Below the pieces are notes generated by a model, which saw nothing but the letters and a program-made list of their open reading frames with translations, made no database searches and was not told the DNA's origin. The position numbers and the translations under genes are program-made. This document shows positions 52,800 to 64,000 of a DNA stretch of 64,000 bases, piece after piece. How positions within the stretch are numbered: the stretch's first letter is position 1; each line of letters begins with the position of its first letter. The DNA comes from Botryllus schlosseri (lineage: Eukaryota), in contig CM119372.1 in NCBI GenBank assembly GCA_051294905.1, positions 37,884,001-37,948,000 of the forward strand, read 5' to 3'.

Positions 52800-53727
52800 G
52801 AAAATATATCACCGAATAAATACGTGGATGAAAGCCGAAAACTTGGTACACTGTTACATGAAATCATCGAGAAGTAGCCTCATGGCCGTTTTCGGTATGG
52901 TACACTGTCAAAATTAATACGAGCAGACCAACACCGAATTTTGCGTAAAATTTACTGAGGAATAGGCTGATCAAGCGATCAGCTGTTAGCCGCCATCGAA
53001 AACGAAACAGCTATCGCGCTCGACAGGGGTTGTAATTGTAAGCAAATGGCCTGAAGGTCACAATTTCACGGTGAAATTGACATTGGAGATATAAAATAAA
53101 ACTAAATATTTGAATGCAAACCGAGGATGTTAGTAAACTGTTTCATGAAATCATCATCTCATCACCTATCTCAGTATGGAACACAGTTAGCGTTTACACA
53201 GATACACCGACTTTTGCGTGAAATCCGCAATGCGTTAGGTAGGCTAAGTGTTAGATCAGCGCACATCTATACCATACTCGACCTTGATAACGAAATTGCT
53301 GCCCTAATCATTGAGTGCCAACCTTGAGACTTGGCACAGCGTTCGATACTAAAATCAAGACATACCATACAAAAGCTCATGGCGGATCTAGCTAAGGAGC
53401 ATCGTTAAAATCAATGGAGACCAATACCAGCTTTGCGTAAAATATGTTTGCGATAAATGACGTGTCAGCTCTCACTCGACTTAGGAAACGAAATTATCAC
53501 TAACATAGTTCAGTGACAAACTTGAAACTTGGTACAGCGTTCGATACTAACGTTAAGACTTACCGTACCAAATGTCATGACCGATCTCGGTATGGAACAC
53601 CGTCAAAATCAATGGATACCAATACCGGCTTTTGAGTAAAATCTGTTTGCGATACATGACGGATCAGCACACACTCAACTTCGGAAACGGAATTACTACC
53701 CTAAACTTTGAGTAGAAACCCTGAAAC
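52800..53727 (+). repeat. Diverged ~190-200-bp tandem repeat (continues ~56340-56500 after the insertion)
   Basis: Recurrent (A/G)ACTTGG(T/C)ACAG, TACCAAA, ATGGAACAC, CAAAATC and TTTGCGTAAAAT motifs. Confidence 0.7.
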
Positions 53728-53733
53728 CAGGGC

Positions 53734-54053
53734 ATGGTATGGTATGGTATGGTATGGTATGGTATGGTATGGTATGGAAGTATGGTATGGTATAGTATGG
53801 TATGGTATGGTATGGTATGGAAGTATGGTATGGTATAGTATGGTATGGTATGGTATGGTATGGAAGTATGGTATGGTATAGTATGGTATGGTATGGTATG
53901 GTATGGAAGTATGGTATGGTATAGTATGGTATGGTATGGTATGGTATGGAAGTATGGTATGGTATAGTATGGTATGGTATGGTATGGTATGGAAGTATGG
54001 TATGGTATAGTATGGTATGGTATGGTATGGTATGGAAGTATGGTATGGTATGG
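53734..54053 (+). repeat. (TATGG)n pentanucleotide satellite with a 43-bp higher-order repeat
   Basis: GGAAG marker at 53776, 53819, 53862, 53905, 53948, 53991, 54034. Confidence 0.95.
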
Positions 54054-55665
54054 ATCGATATTTTGGTATGGAATATGGAACAATGCAAGTATGGTATGGA
54101 ATGGAAGATTTTAATCTATGGTATGGAACGACATTTCCATACTTCCATACTTTGGTGTTTTATACATTTTATCGTGATCTGTGCAAGCTTCAAGAAGCGT
54201 ACGTTGTTCGCTGTTCACGGAATACGATCGCTTTAGTTATGTGTGAACGTGAACTATTGAACGCTGTGCAGGATCAAATACACGCTTGTACAACGGTTTT
54301 ACGAGCACCTGGAACGACATGATTTTGTGATGTAATAATGACAACAGTAATGTTGACCCGATATTCTATTGAGTCTAGACACGACGTAGCATATAGTCTA
54401 TCATGTGACGCAATAATTGGTAATGTTGGCTACTCCAGCTACCTCATTCCTTGAGCGACGAGAGCTTACAAGCAATCATGAATCATGATGCAACGTACTT
54501 AATGCTCAATGTGATTGATAATTACATTTCTTCTGAAACATTATCCACACATTTATACTATTTACATACCGATATATTTTATTGGTCATATGTCAAACTA
54601 TGGAATGTGACATTCCATAGTCAAACGCTCTCGCATTAGGATTATAGATCAGGGAGTGGGGTAGATCTAGTTTGAAATTCTCGCCAGACCAACCCCAACT
54701 AAATACTGTACTAATAATCACGCAGATCGCTGCAGTATTGATCGCCTGCCACTGGGATATTTTATGGGTACGCCTATATTATAAATTATTTTGCGAGTAT
54801 TTACTTCAAACTTGCATGTGCCTCATGCCAATGAACCGGAAATGCGATGATATTCTTATGGAGCAGGGGCGTGCAACTTTTCTAGTCGGCGGGTTGGATA
54901 TAGGAAAACTAAGTACTTGGCAGGCCGGATTGCTGAATGGATAAATTATTCGCCCATATATACAAGGAATAAATCGTACTTAGGCCTATTGAATGTATTT
55001 TATCGACAGCCATGTCACTTCAAAGCCATTTCTCGCCAATAATGAAAATACAATGTGGATTTGAGAACAGCATTGTCATACAGGCGCCGCCATGCCTGCT
55101 ACTCTCTGATCAACTAACTCACAGTGCAATCCTCATTTAAGATTTTAACGCGTTTGATGAGCCCCTTTACCCAAAATTTACCAAGATATCAATTCATTAG
55201 GGTTGAGTACATCGTAAATGCCGATAATGCAAGTCTTCTCGCTTCGAAGAACTTACCCGTAAGCTCCACTCTCGCGCAGTGCGCAGACCTATATAATAAC
55301 ATGCAGTCACTGAAATTTGATGTTTAGGCAAGTAATGGGGAATCTCGGCACATTGGGGCCGCGGGCCACATGATCGTGTAAGACGGGAAACTGTCCGCGG
55401 GCCGGACAAAATCTCGTTGCGGGTCGTATGTTGCCAGTCCCTTTTGTGGACATTCCTAGATAACAATCTGCTGACTATCTCATTTTGCTCGCGGAAGCTG
55501 TCGAGTAGAGGTACACGGCACCTCACCACTGTGAACTAAGCCTCACCAAAACAGACTCTGTAAAACTATTACCAGGAGTTAGATTCGCATCATGGCTAGT
55601 TCAAGCAATAACGACATCCGAACTATCAATAATATAGTTGCTAGAAAAGGTACTATACTTATGAT

Positions 55666-56180
55666 TAGGGCTGGGCAAAATCGAGCACCTGAGTGATTCG
55701 ATTCTGAATCACGTATTATGCTTCGAGTCGAGTCGAGTATTCGATTATCACACATTATGACGTCATAACAGAATGTAATATGTCAAAGTTCAATTATGTA
55801 CCTTTTATGCCACAGCAAAGAATATAATGCCTGTTATCCGCCACATTAAAGATGCTTTGATATTTTTTCGACCATACCGATTTCATTGCACTTCGTGACA
55901 AGGTTATGGGATGATTATGACTTCGAAAATGTGTTATTTCACGTAAGCTTTGTAGCTTTGTACTATGTTTCGTATGCTTCAATGCAGCCAATCAGTGTTT
56001 TAAGCCTTCCACATTGGAAACTAGCACCAAAACTATAATTCTCGTTGATAAATTAACTTTCAGTGGCGAGGAGCTTGTAATTTCAGTACTCGATAATATC
56101 GTCTTTTACTACTCGACTCGAATCATTAAAATTAATACTCGATTCAGATTCGAGTACTCGAATCATTGTGCCCAGCCCTA
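55666..56180. mobile_element. MITE nested in 53728-56339
   Basis: TIR TAGGGCTGGGCA / TGCCCAGCCCTA; TSD CTTATGAT; ACTCGA subterminal repeats. Confidence 0.9.
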
Positions 56181-56897
56181 CTTATGATATTGAAGTATTT
56201 GAAAGTATGGAATATGTATCAAGTATGGTATGGAACAATGTTGGTATGGTATGGAAAATTGCAAGTATGGTATGGAGAGAGTAAGGCAAGTATGGAGTAT
56301 GGAAAATTCTCGTTCCATACCATACCATACCATGCCCTGCCTGAAACTTAGGACAGTGTTAAATACCACCATCACGACATGACATACCAAGTTTCAAGAA
56401 TTATCATGGTGTGAAACACCATCAAAATCGATCTATACCAGCAGAGGTCGACTAAACGCATATGACGGTAACCGAGTTCAAATATAGATACGATTGTTAC
56501 ATCACACCTTAGGGGCAACCAGGCTATGTTGCCCTACCTGCTCGTTAATTTTATGAATAGGAGAGAGTAAATCACTGTTTCTTTATTGTGCGCGGCTTTG
56601 AGAGAATAGACAGTGAAAGCTTGTTATGAGCGCTACCGGGGCATGCCCCGGCTAGGCATTCGCAAAGCGAAAACACGAAGAGAATTCGATTTTTGCAGAG
56701 ACTTCGCTATGTATGGGCATTTACAAGCGAAAGGACAAGAAGAATACGATTTTCGCTGTGATTTCGGTATATATATATATATTGCGGTGCGTCTATAAAT
56801 GGTAACGAATTGTTATTGAACAGAATTTTAGGTGGGGCAATGCCCCAGTTGCCCTATAGGACGAGCCGCCACTGGCGCTAGTCATACCTAAATACCC

Positions 56898-57212
56898 AGA
56901 GAGAGAGAGAGAGTCTTTATTTTCATCCAATCAAAACACACAACACACAGCAGTGATGGTGGTGCAAAAAATATACATGCACAGCATTCGTACAGTATTG
57001 TCTGGGCGAGGTGGGGCAACCGTGTTAGTATAACGACAAGAGGTGATCAAGTAGGTGTTTTTTTTGAATCTATTATAAGGCAATTCACGGATACGTGGTG
57101 GTAATGTATTCCAGATGATAGGTCCCGAGTAGTCGATAGATCTCTTAGTTAGGTTGCTATTAGGTAGGGGTTCAGCAATGGCAACGAGCACAATTTGTTT
57201 AGACGTGGGCAT
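56898..57212 (-). mobile_element. 5'-truncated CR1/L2-group LINE 3' end
   Basis: KRSIDYSGPIIWNTLPPRIRE...FKK resembles the ORF2 C-terminus (SFxxRGxxxWNxLP); followed on the minus strand by AATAAA and a (CT)n tail. Confidence 0.7.
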
Positions 57213-58339
57213 AAGTTTTAATCAAAAAGATACATATTCACAAACAATATTGCACTGAGAGATTGTTACTGTTTGGCGAAAGTGTTTCTGCGGACGGTAG
57301 CAGGTCTGCATGCGGACGCGCTAAATCAAATCACCGACGATAGTGCACATGAGATATCGATGACCCATTTCGCATACAAATGATTCTCGCTGATTTGCAG
57401 TATGCAGCATCGACAATACGAATTGAGAATTTACATTTCAAAAGGACGGTATTTTTACTTACTGGCTACGCACGTAGTGTTTTAATACCGGCAACGCGTG
57501 GGTTAATATCAGCCCGGGGCCTACGTATGTCCCGATCAGCCAGTCGAATTTGATCGTGAAATTGTGTGATTTTAATTATGAAGGTGTTATTGCAGCAAGA
57601 GCAATATGGACACATGCCGCAACCTTATTAATGGGAATACAAATCCCGATGGTTTGAAATTCGATTCGCAATATGGTTGCGCCCGATAGAGTCGGTCCAG
57701 CAATGAAGTTTATTGGAACATAGAAGGTTTCCGCTCAAACTAATCGAATAAATTCAGAATTTGCGTCACAGAGAATCTCTCGTTGAATCAATATTTGACA
57801 ACGTAATTCAACGCCATGCACTGCACAATGCGCAGTATTAATAACAAATCAAACACTGACAAGTGACATCGAGGGAATGCGAATGTATAAAGCAGACAAG
57901 AATTAGTAGCCTACAGATGATAGCAAACGAGATAGCGCGCATCTAATCAGTAGTTCCTCAACGTGCGTGCAGCACAATGAGGTTCCTTGTCGGACATTGC
58001 GACAATTGTCCGCTCATTATAACGACGATTGAGCTGCATTGCAGCATTTCCAGATAAAAGTTAGCAAAGCCTTGTTTGAGTAATAAATATGCGCTCTTTG
58101 CGCAGTTTTCTATCCACATGCATACACAAACACACTTTCCTATTTCGCGCTCCAATTAAAAAGAATATCACGATCCAACTCAATAATTATTTTGTGAACG
58201 AATATGCGCGCAAATACCACTTTATTGAGAGAAGTAGAACCTGAATTCGTTCGTCTGGTCAAGAGAGGAGATGGTGTTTCTCAGCGCAAGCGTGTCGATA
58301 TCGACGCCGTCAACGAGGTCGCTTCGATTGTATGATTAG

Positions 58340-59101
58340 TAGGGATGGTGTGAACGTGAGGTTCGCGTTCGCGTTCTGTGTGTGAACCTCAGAATTTTAG
58401 AGGTTCACGTTCACAAACGAACCTTGGTAGGTTCTGCACTGTGAACCTTTTTCATATACTGCAAATTTTCACGACATTATAAGATCTTTGGTTGAAATTC
58501 TTTGTATTTCAACTTCGGGCTATACTCCATACATAGCGCTGGCAGCATAACAAATCATCACTAAACGAGCATGCACCTTGCCAATCTCCGAAATTTTACT
58601 TGCTTTGTTACAAAATTTTGCTCGAAATATCCATATCTGAATATTTAGTGACTCTCCGCTGTGAGCTTGACCCACAATCACACAACATCAAGAGCGAAAT
58701 ACACTACATGTAGATATAGTCAGTGAATTATGCTTATTCGACCAATTAATGAAATTGATATAAAAATACATCGTTGTCTAATGTAAAAAATCTAGCAGGC
58801 GTACGGGATCCATCTTCATTTTATGAGTTTATTGTATCAATAAAACCAAGTGCGTACGATCGGGGTGTTGGCTACTGTTGTATATCTTGTTAATGGGGTA
58901 AAACCCGTTTTAAACTATGCTCAATGCTAGATATCGTGTACAACTGCACATTAATATAACACTTCACTGAAATGTTGGGTTGGAATTAGCAATATGACGT
59001 CACGTGACGTCATGAGGTTCACGTTCGCGTTCACACAGAACCTTACAAAAAGTTTCGTGTTCACACGAACCTGAACCTTTCAGAGGTTCACACCATCCAT
59101 A
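58340..59101 (+). mobile_element. MITE, TAGGGATGGTGTGAAC family (second copy; a reversed partial copy lies at ~61515-62190)
   Basis: Homologous to 22714-23669; TSD ATGATTAG. Confidence 0.9.
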
Positions 59102-59779
59102 ATGATTAGTGATTACTAATCCCGGATTACACTTCATTGTGGCGTTTTACGCACTAGTTCGTGGTCGCCGACGAAGCTGAGTATTCAATTATTCACGCGC
59201 GCAGCCTGTCGGTTATTGGTAAATAGTTGGCATTTACACGATATCACGGACTCGCTAATTGACAGCGCAGACGGCGGGCGTTTAGCATTTTGCATGGGGT
59301 GGCCGCCACCCCGCCATCCCGTAACTCGGCGCCTATGGTCCGTAATATAATGTAATATACCAATATAGGCATGATCATAAAGTATTCAATGAAAAACATG
59401 GGCACGGATTTTTGGTAACATTTTGGGTCGGCCCGCGAGCGATCTGAACATTTGAACCCGGCTCGCGACGCAAGTTGAGTTTGACACCTCTGACGTAGAG
59501 AGAAAATGAAGAAAAAAACATTCTCCTTTAATATTGTAGATAGAGCCCGACCGATTATCGGCTCGCCGATAATATCGAGTCGATATCACACTTGGAAAGA
59601 AATATCGGTATCGGCCATTGGAGGTAAAAAAATATCGGCCAATTTGTTTACGTCGCAACATGATGGTAGGGAGTCAGAGAAGACGTGAGGTCTTCACTGC
59701 TTGTCGGTAAATGATAAAAATAAATGCCCAAGCTGCATATAGTGCATACAAGCCAGTCTGCGTGCTTGTGTGAAAATAT

Positions 59780-60395
59780 CATAGTGTCCTATATGGTGTC
59801 GACACAAGCAAATCGCACGGTTCAATGAAATTGTATCACGTCACAGTTTCCATTTGGCCACAGGCAATTTGACGGTGATTTTTGACCGACTTGCCGAGCA
59901 TCAAATTTGATAAAACGGGTATCAATCGAAAGCTGCCGCCGTACTGATTACGAAAATATAAATTTTATTCCGCTCGCGGCCCTGGAACCCCCACAATCAG
60001 CCTCTAATTTTTCATTGTTATGGAGATTGGCATTGGGACGCAACAATGCTGTCTGGCGAAACGACAGACGCAACAATACTGTCTGGCTCCCTTTTTCTCG
60101 AGCACCTGTCTCGTTTCGCTAGACAGCATTGTTGCGTCCCAATGCCAATCTCCATAACAATGAAAAATTAGAGGCTGATTGTGGGGGTTCCAGGGCCGCG
60201 AGCGGAATAAAATTTATATTTTCGTAATCAGTACGGCGGCAGCTTTCGATTGATACCCGTTTTATCAAATTTGATGCTCGGCAAGTCGGTCAAAAATCAC
60301 CGTCAAATTGCCTGTAGCCAAATGGAAACTGTGACGTGATACAATTTCATTGAACCGTGCGATTTGCTTGTGTCGACACCATATAGGACACTATG
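59780..60395. mobile_element. 616-bp foldback MITE (~285-bp arms), possibly P-superfamily
   Basis: CATAGTGTCCTATATGG...CCATATAGGACACTATG; TSD GAAAATAT (59772-59779, 60396-60403); arms near-perfect to ~60064/60111. Confidence 0.9.
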
Positions 60396-60779
60396 GAAAA
60401 TATACTTTCACCGTCATGCCCCACTGACTTCATGGGAATCCCCTGCATTGATCGATCACTAATGGCAGAGAGCAGCTGGATGGATAGTTGTCTGCAGAAG
60501 ATTTTTCAATCGATTAGAGAAATGAGAACTTCATTCATGCTGCACTGACCCTCGGGATGATAGAGAAGAACGTCGCGTCAAAGCGTTTTCTGTAGATAGT
60601 GCTGGTGGTGTCTGTGTAAGAAGCTGACAAGCCAAGGCTCGGTACCAACAGAGCGAAATTATACCAGTAATGTATGAAGTCAACTATCTGACGGAGGCCT
60701 GACGGATACCCTGATACGAAATATGCAAGCATAGAGTGCAAGAAAATCAAGCAGAAGTGGAGTGAAGCCAAAAGTTAAT

Positions 60780-61194
60780 ACGAAAATGTTTCATTCCATG
60801 ATGACATGGGCCAATTCTGACAAAAGAGCGTAAAATATTGATCAATTCATTATTGAAATGCTGGTCATGGTCAAGGCCCAAGGGGATGGGTGGAACAGTA
60901 GCAGACGTGAACAATTTGAGTTGTTTTGTACATTCTCTTCAGCTATTTGTTAATGATGTGCTGAAGGCTCCAGGTGCATTGTCAGAAGAATATCAACACT
61001 TGGTGAAACCACTGAAGGGAAGATTCCCTGCAAGGGAGCGGTGGAACCGAAATGAGGAAAGATTTCCAATTCTTGCTCTGCCACTAACTATGGTACCAAG
61101 TGAAAGGCTGCTCACTGTGTTTAGCACTATATACATCATTTATGAAGACTACAGAAGTTCACTCCTAGGACAAAGGGGCGAGAAATTGTGCTGA
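60780..61194 (+). pseudogene. hAT transposase remnant (CxxH motif joined to the C-terminal dimerisation domain)
   Basis: SCFVHSLQLFVNDVL (CxxH) followed by WNRNEERFPILA...VPSERL...FS...RSSL...EKL (hATC-like). Confidence 0.75.
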
Positions 61195-62699
61195 ACTGTA
61201 ATCTGCAACTACTAGACTGGTACTATTGATATATTTTTATAGCCCCTAGATCATTTATTTCATGTTCAAGCATAGCAATGGCTGTGAAGTTGTTGAAATA
61301 AATGCTTTTGAGGTGTTGAATATTGGCCTTGAGCTAGATTCCATATCTTTTGAATATCGGCTGAATATATCGGGATTATCGGTGAAGGTACTGGATATCG
61401 GTTTTATCGGTATCGGCTCAGAAATCCAATCTCGGTCGGGCTCTAATTGTAGACGTATGTCTATAGTAGAACGAGGAACACTTTTTAGTGAGGACCCTAA
61501 AGGTCCAGGTACGTGTGAACGCGAACGTGAACGTATGATGTCACATGACGTCATATTGCTAATTCCAACCCCACATTTCAGTGAAGTGATATATTAATGT
61601 ACACGATACCTAGCGACGACTCAGCTCATATTCGCCACAATGCTGATGTACATGCTGACGCTTTAAACGTCACTCAATGTATCAACTGCGGAGCAATCAA
61701 ATGCTATAATAAAATCAATATCTTCCGTCGCTTTGTCAACAATTTCCAGGAGGACGTGTAAAGGATCGTAAGCCGACGCCTTAACGGTCTAGGCCAGGCC
61801 GGACAATGTATTCGGCGTTTGACTATTGCGACATTGATAATGAGCAGAGTGTCAAACGGGTTTCTATACTTGCTACCGATATTACCCCTAAACAAGTTAT
61901 ACAGTAGCCTACACCCCTATCGCACGAATTTGGTTTTTATGATACAATAAACATAACAAATCAAGATTGATCCCGTACGTGTGTTAGAATTTTTGCATTA
62001 GACAGCGATGTATTCTTTATAATAATTTCATTGATTGGTTGACTAAGCATGATTCGCTGACTACCTACAAGTAGTGTATATCGTTCTTGATGCTGTGGCA
62101 CTGGTCAAGTTCACAGCAGAGAGTCTCTGAATATTCCCAAACGGAAAGCTGAATAAGAAACATTTGCAATAAAGCAAGTAAAGCAGTACATTCTCCGGGA
62201 TGTTAAGATAATTTTGGAATGTAGATCCTACTGCTAAAATGAATTTCAGCCTGCCCGCTTACAAAGAAAAAAATGAAATTGTATAAGAGAGAGAAAATCT
62301 CAGACAGATAAGGATATATCACCAACTGCGCTCTGTGATTCAAAACCTTTTTCGTTTAGTTTATCCCGTTACTGATGGTGTTCTAATTGTTCTATTTTGT
62401 AGGCATAGGGATCATTGCGTTGACTATTATCCTCCCATCTGTTCATTACATTACATTGTGTCTTATCGCATTGTACATTGTGTGCAACTTGTTCAGATGA
62501 AAATTATAACCCAACGATTAGTCTATTAATATTGATATTGATATTACCATTCACACATAGTGACGTAAGCCCTCACTGAAAATGATACACTGTTTAAAAC
62601 AGTGGTTCTTAACCTTTTTTCCTCCAGCGCCCCCTTTCAAAGATTATTGTGCTTCAGCGCCCCCCAACCTCATATTGTAAGGAATGTGACAAAGACAAT

Positions 62700-64000
62700 G
62701 AGTGAGAGGGAGGGCCGTAACAGCACTTCGTCAACCCCCCTAAAACGATTGCCTTGCGCACCCAAAGCGTGATAAACCAAACTTATGAGGGCTTCGCCCC
62801 CAAGAACCCCGTAGCGTGATTTCGATGGTCAGCAAAGATTGCGTGGCCTGGTCGCCCTAGGTGCCAAAATTTTCTATGATACATGAATGAATAGGTGATA
62901 ATTACATATATATATCGCTATAAACTTTATATCCTCTCAGCCCACGTAATCAGATTTACCAGTAGCGCTGAGTGAGCTGTTGTATTGGAAAATAAAGGGC
63001 ACGTAATTATTAATTGAACATATTCGGGCGTGCCCGTAGGTATAATTAATTCGTTACCAGGGTCGTAACAGCACTTCGTCAGTCCCCCAAAAAACGTAGG
63101 TCTTGGGCCCCCTGTAGGGTGATAAACCAAACTTCCGGGGGCTTCGCCCCCAGACCCCCCTTCGGCTATCCGCTATTTGCTGATACTGGTCATCTACATT
63201 GGGTGTCCATTTACTGAGCCAGCTATTCTCGCCTAGACGCGCGACGTGCGAAAATTTCAATAATTATTGATTGAATTGGTCGATATGATCGGGAACTGCA
63301 TATATATTGATATCAATTTTTTTCCTCTCTCTGCTCACGTAAACAGATTTACCGGTAGAGCTGAGTGATGTGTGATTGAAAAGGTAGGAGACCATAACAA
63401 TAAGTAGCCTATCCATCTTCGGGCGCATACCCGTTGGCAGGAACGAAACGACACTTCGTCAGGCCCGCCGAAAAAACTTGGGTCTTGGGCTCCCATAGGG
63501 TGAGAAACCGACCGCCCCCCATCACGTTGTTCGCTTTTGCCGCGAAATCAGCTGTACTGTTAAGCGAGCCAGTGCAAAGCGCCAAAAGTTTCGATAATTC
63601 ATGATAAAATCGGTCAATAAGATCGGGAATTGCATAAATATTGCTATCAATTTCTTGTCCTCTCTGCTCACGTTACCAGATTTACCTGTAGAACTGAATG
63701 CGGTGCAATGTTCCCTCTAAGCTGCGCACGTGCGCAGTGCTGAGATGGTCTCTGCGCACGGAAAATCTACGTTGCGCACAACAAATCCGAAGTTATGACA
63801 TTTTTTCAGTCGTTACGCACTGTTGTCTAAGGGTCTGCGCAGTGAGTTTGTGAGTGTGTGCAGACTCGTCAAAACGTAGAGGGAACATTGTGAGGTGTCT
63901 TGGAAACTGTAGGGTCCGTAACTAATAATTAAACATAGTCGGTTGGGCGGACTCGTTCGTATGACTTCGTTGCATGATGTTATTTCGTGACCTCCTGTCT
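62700..64000 (+). repeat. Diverged ~350-390-bp tandem repeat (3 or more units) with a nested MITE at 63706-63890
   Basis: CACTTCGTCA at ~62724, ~63072, ~63452; CAGATTTACC.GTAG..CTGA at ~62951, ~63344, ~63677. Confidence 0.7.

Larger units (their letters stand above)
53728..56339. mobile_element. 8-bp-TSD element with (TATGG)n termini
   Basis: TIR CAGGGCATGGTATGGTATGG / CCATACCATACCATGCCCTG; TSD CCTGAAAC (53720-53727, 56340-56347). Confidence 0.92.
51886..56874. mobile_element. hAT-like non-autonomous element hosting a satellite array and several nested elements
   Basis: TIR CAGTGGCGGCTCGT / ACGAGCCGCCACTG; TSD GCGCTAGT (51878-51885, 56875-56882). Confidence 0.9.
59541..61445 (+). mobile_element. 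Internally deleted hAT (Ac-type) transposon
   Basis: TIR TAGAGCCCGACCGA / TCGGTCGGGCTCTA; TSD ATTGTAGA; TATCGG subterminal repeats. Confidence 0.9.

Noticed and set aside
53664..54322. PYHTI / VWYGM repeat ORFs
   Set aside because: Translations of (TATGG)n.

Overview
AT-rich, repeat-saturated animal (invertebrate-like) genomic DNA with no intact host gene. The first 17.4 kb is one element (274-17377) with AGTAGT...ACTACT termini and a 6-bp target-site duplication (TSD) ATGGTC, the end signature of Polinton/Maverick transposons. It encodes no recognisable protein. Instead it is a near-perfect whole-length palindrome: two ~6.85-kb arms around a ~33-bp G-rich loop, filled with tandem repeats. 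Its right arm carries a young, internally deleted BEL/Pao LTR element (5-bp TSD, open 661-aa ORF). The 3' LTR of that element carries a 56-bp LINE-type 3' stub with a 12-bp TSD. The rest of the window holds exons of a disrupted rhodopsin-class GPCR gene (minus strand, hit by an 8-bp-TSD transposon at a splice donor) and many nested 8-bp-TSD (hAT-like) non-autonomous DNA transposons. It also contains two decayed hAT transposases, a decayed Gypsy-like fragment, a LINE 3' end, a 616-bp foldback MITE and several satellites. Most short ORFs in the supplied track are noise. All calls are by eye; no searches were run.
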